From: Lytechinus pictus
Taxonomy: Eukaryota
Direction of reading: 5' to 3'
Assembly: GCF_037042905.1 (NCBI RefSeq)
Contig: NC_087250.1
Span: 23,686,001 to 23,750,000 of the forward strand
DNA length: 64,000 nt
In this document: one piece after another, positions 62,923 to 64,000 of the stretch
How positions within the stretch are numbered: the stretch's first letter is position 1
How the letters are laid out: each line of letters opens with the position of its first letter
Made by a program: the position numbers and the translations under genes
Notes under the pieces: generated by a model
What the model was told of the DNA's origin: nothing
Databases searched by the model: none
The model's input: the letters and a program-made list of their open reading frames with translations, nothing else

Positions 62923-63652
62923 CCGACCACGCAGTCACTGTCCTATAATCAGCTTAGTGACATAAAAAAAACTTTTTAATAAGTGGAAGAAGTGTGAAAA
63001 TACAAAAATAGCACACTCTCGCCATTGGAATATATGTCAAGAGACGGAAAAATTTACTAAAATAAGTAAGTTCGACCTCGCATAGCTAGTTGAGCCGAGT
63101 GCCACACTCAGTCACAATCACAGCACAGCCGGTCGCCCAGCTGGCCGGCGAGGCGAAGCACCGCATCAGGTGTCCTTTCCAGGTGAACTATCTCAAAAAG
63201 TTTGCATTAAGTATCAGTTTTGTGAAATGCAATAACTTTAAATAAGTAGAAGAAATGTGAAAATGGAATATGAAAATACAAAATAGCACACCCTCACCAT
63301 TAAAATATGTCAAGTGACGGAAAAATCAACTATTGGATTATCAATTTATCAAGATACCGGTACCGTAATCTCGTTGCAAGGGAACTCGCTTTATTTTCTT
63401 TCAAAATAGCTCAAAATGCACTGAAATGTCAAATTTTCTGTCGAGAATGTATTGTAGAAACATGGATTATGCGGGAAAATACTTTTGAAGTAAAGTTTGA
63501 AATATTATTTCATGAAATGTTGAAGAAAAATTCAAGTGGTCGAGTTGTCCGATTCAGAGCCAACCCTGGACAACTCGACCGGGACGAGTTGTCCAGGGCA
63601 GCGGGTCGGGCTGTCCAGGGTCGGGCTGTCCGGTGGTCGGGCTGTCCGGACC
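62923..63652 (-). repeat. Right arm of ~750-bp inverted repeat pair
   Basis: Reverse complement of 54723-55492 apart from small indels; ORFs 54702-54908(-) and 63307-63669(+) share the same peptide. Confidence 0.85.
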
Positions 63653-64000
63653 CCCAATACCCAAAATAACTGATGCATGATTGAAAAAGATGATGACATG
63701 ACCTTTTTTTTTTTTTTTTTGGGGGGGGGGGCATTTCAAGCCTGTAAGTATAAAGAATGATAGAGGCCTGTACTAATACTATAGTTGGAGGGGGGGGGGG
63801 GGTGTTTGGATGGGTTCATTGACCCCCCTGTCAAACTCAAAATCAAAGCCAGGCAAGAAAAGGGGAAGTAAAATGAGCTTTGTCTTTGAGAAGATCAAGA
63901 GCAGAGCCAGAGAGGAGAGAAATGAGACAAGAATAGAGGAAAGAAAAATAGAAGAGAGTGGGAGCAAAGAGAAGAAAAATTAAGGTCTGGTCTGTTCAAC

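Noticed and set aside
54702..63669. Duplicated peptide MRENTFEVKFEILF...RAVRWSGCP as a gene pair
   Set aside because: Both frames lie within the inverted repeat arms, run through tandem DNA motifs and diverge exactly at the repeat boundary.

Overview
AT-rich, intron-rich animal genomic DNA; an invertebrate, plausibly a sea-urchin-like echinoderm, inferred only from gene and repeat style. Genes I could reconstruct by hand: (1) the last two coding exons of a BCL9/legless-type Wnt co-activator (+, 423-3773); (2) a complete 9-exon HSD17B12/KAR very-long-chain 3-oxoacyl-CoA reductase (+, 14035-26883, 322 aa); (3) an apparently complete 3-coding-exon gene for a 239-aa protein made of two death-fold domains joined by a Pro/Gln linker (-, 42843-35691), mostly missed by the ORF track; (4) a possible terminal exon of an unidentified gene (-, 62672-62509). 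The rest is a dense, nested transposon landscape: non-autonomous DNA elements with 8-bp, TTAA and 3-bp target duplications (TSDs), Helentron-associated (HINE-like) elements, a tRNA-SINE, LINE 3' ends and a 5'-truncated Penelope-like element. The most notable observations are: the tandem death-domain gene and its tandemly duplicated acceptor/exon-start copies; a hammerhead ribozyme and an open GIY-YIG frame inside a three-layer TE nest in that gene's intron; and two hAT-like elements that share a core but have unrelated ends. No database searches were run, so family calls come from motif recognition.
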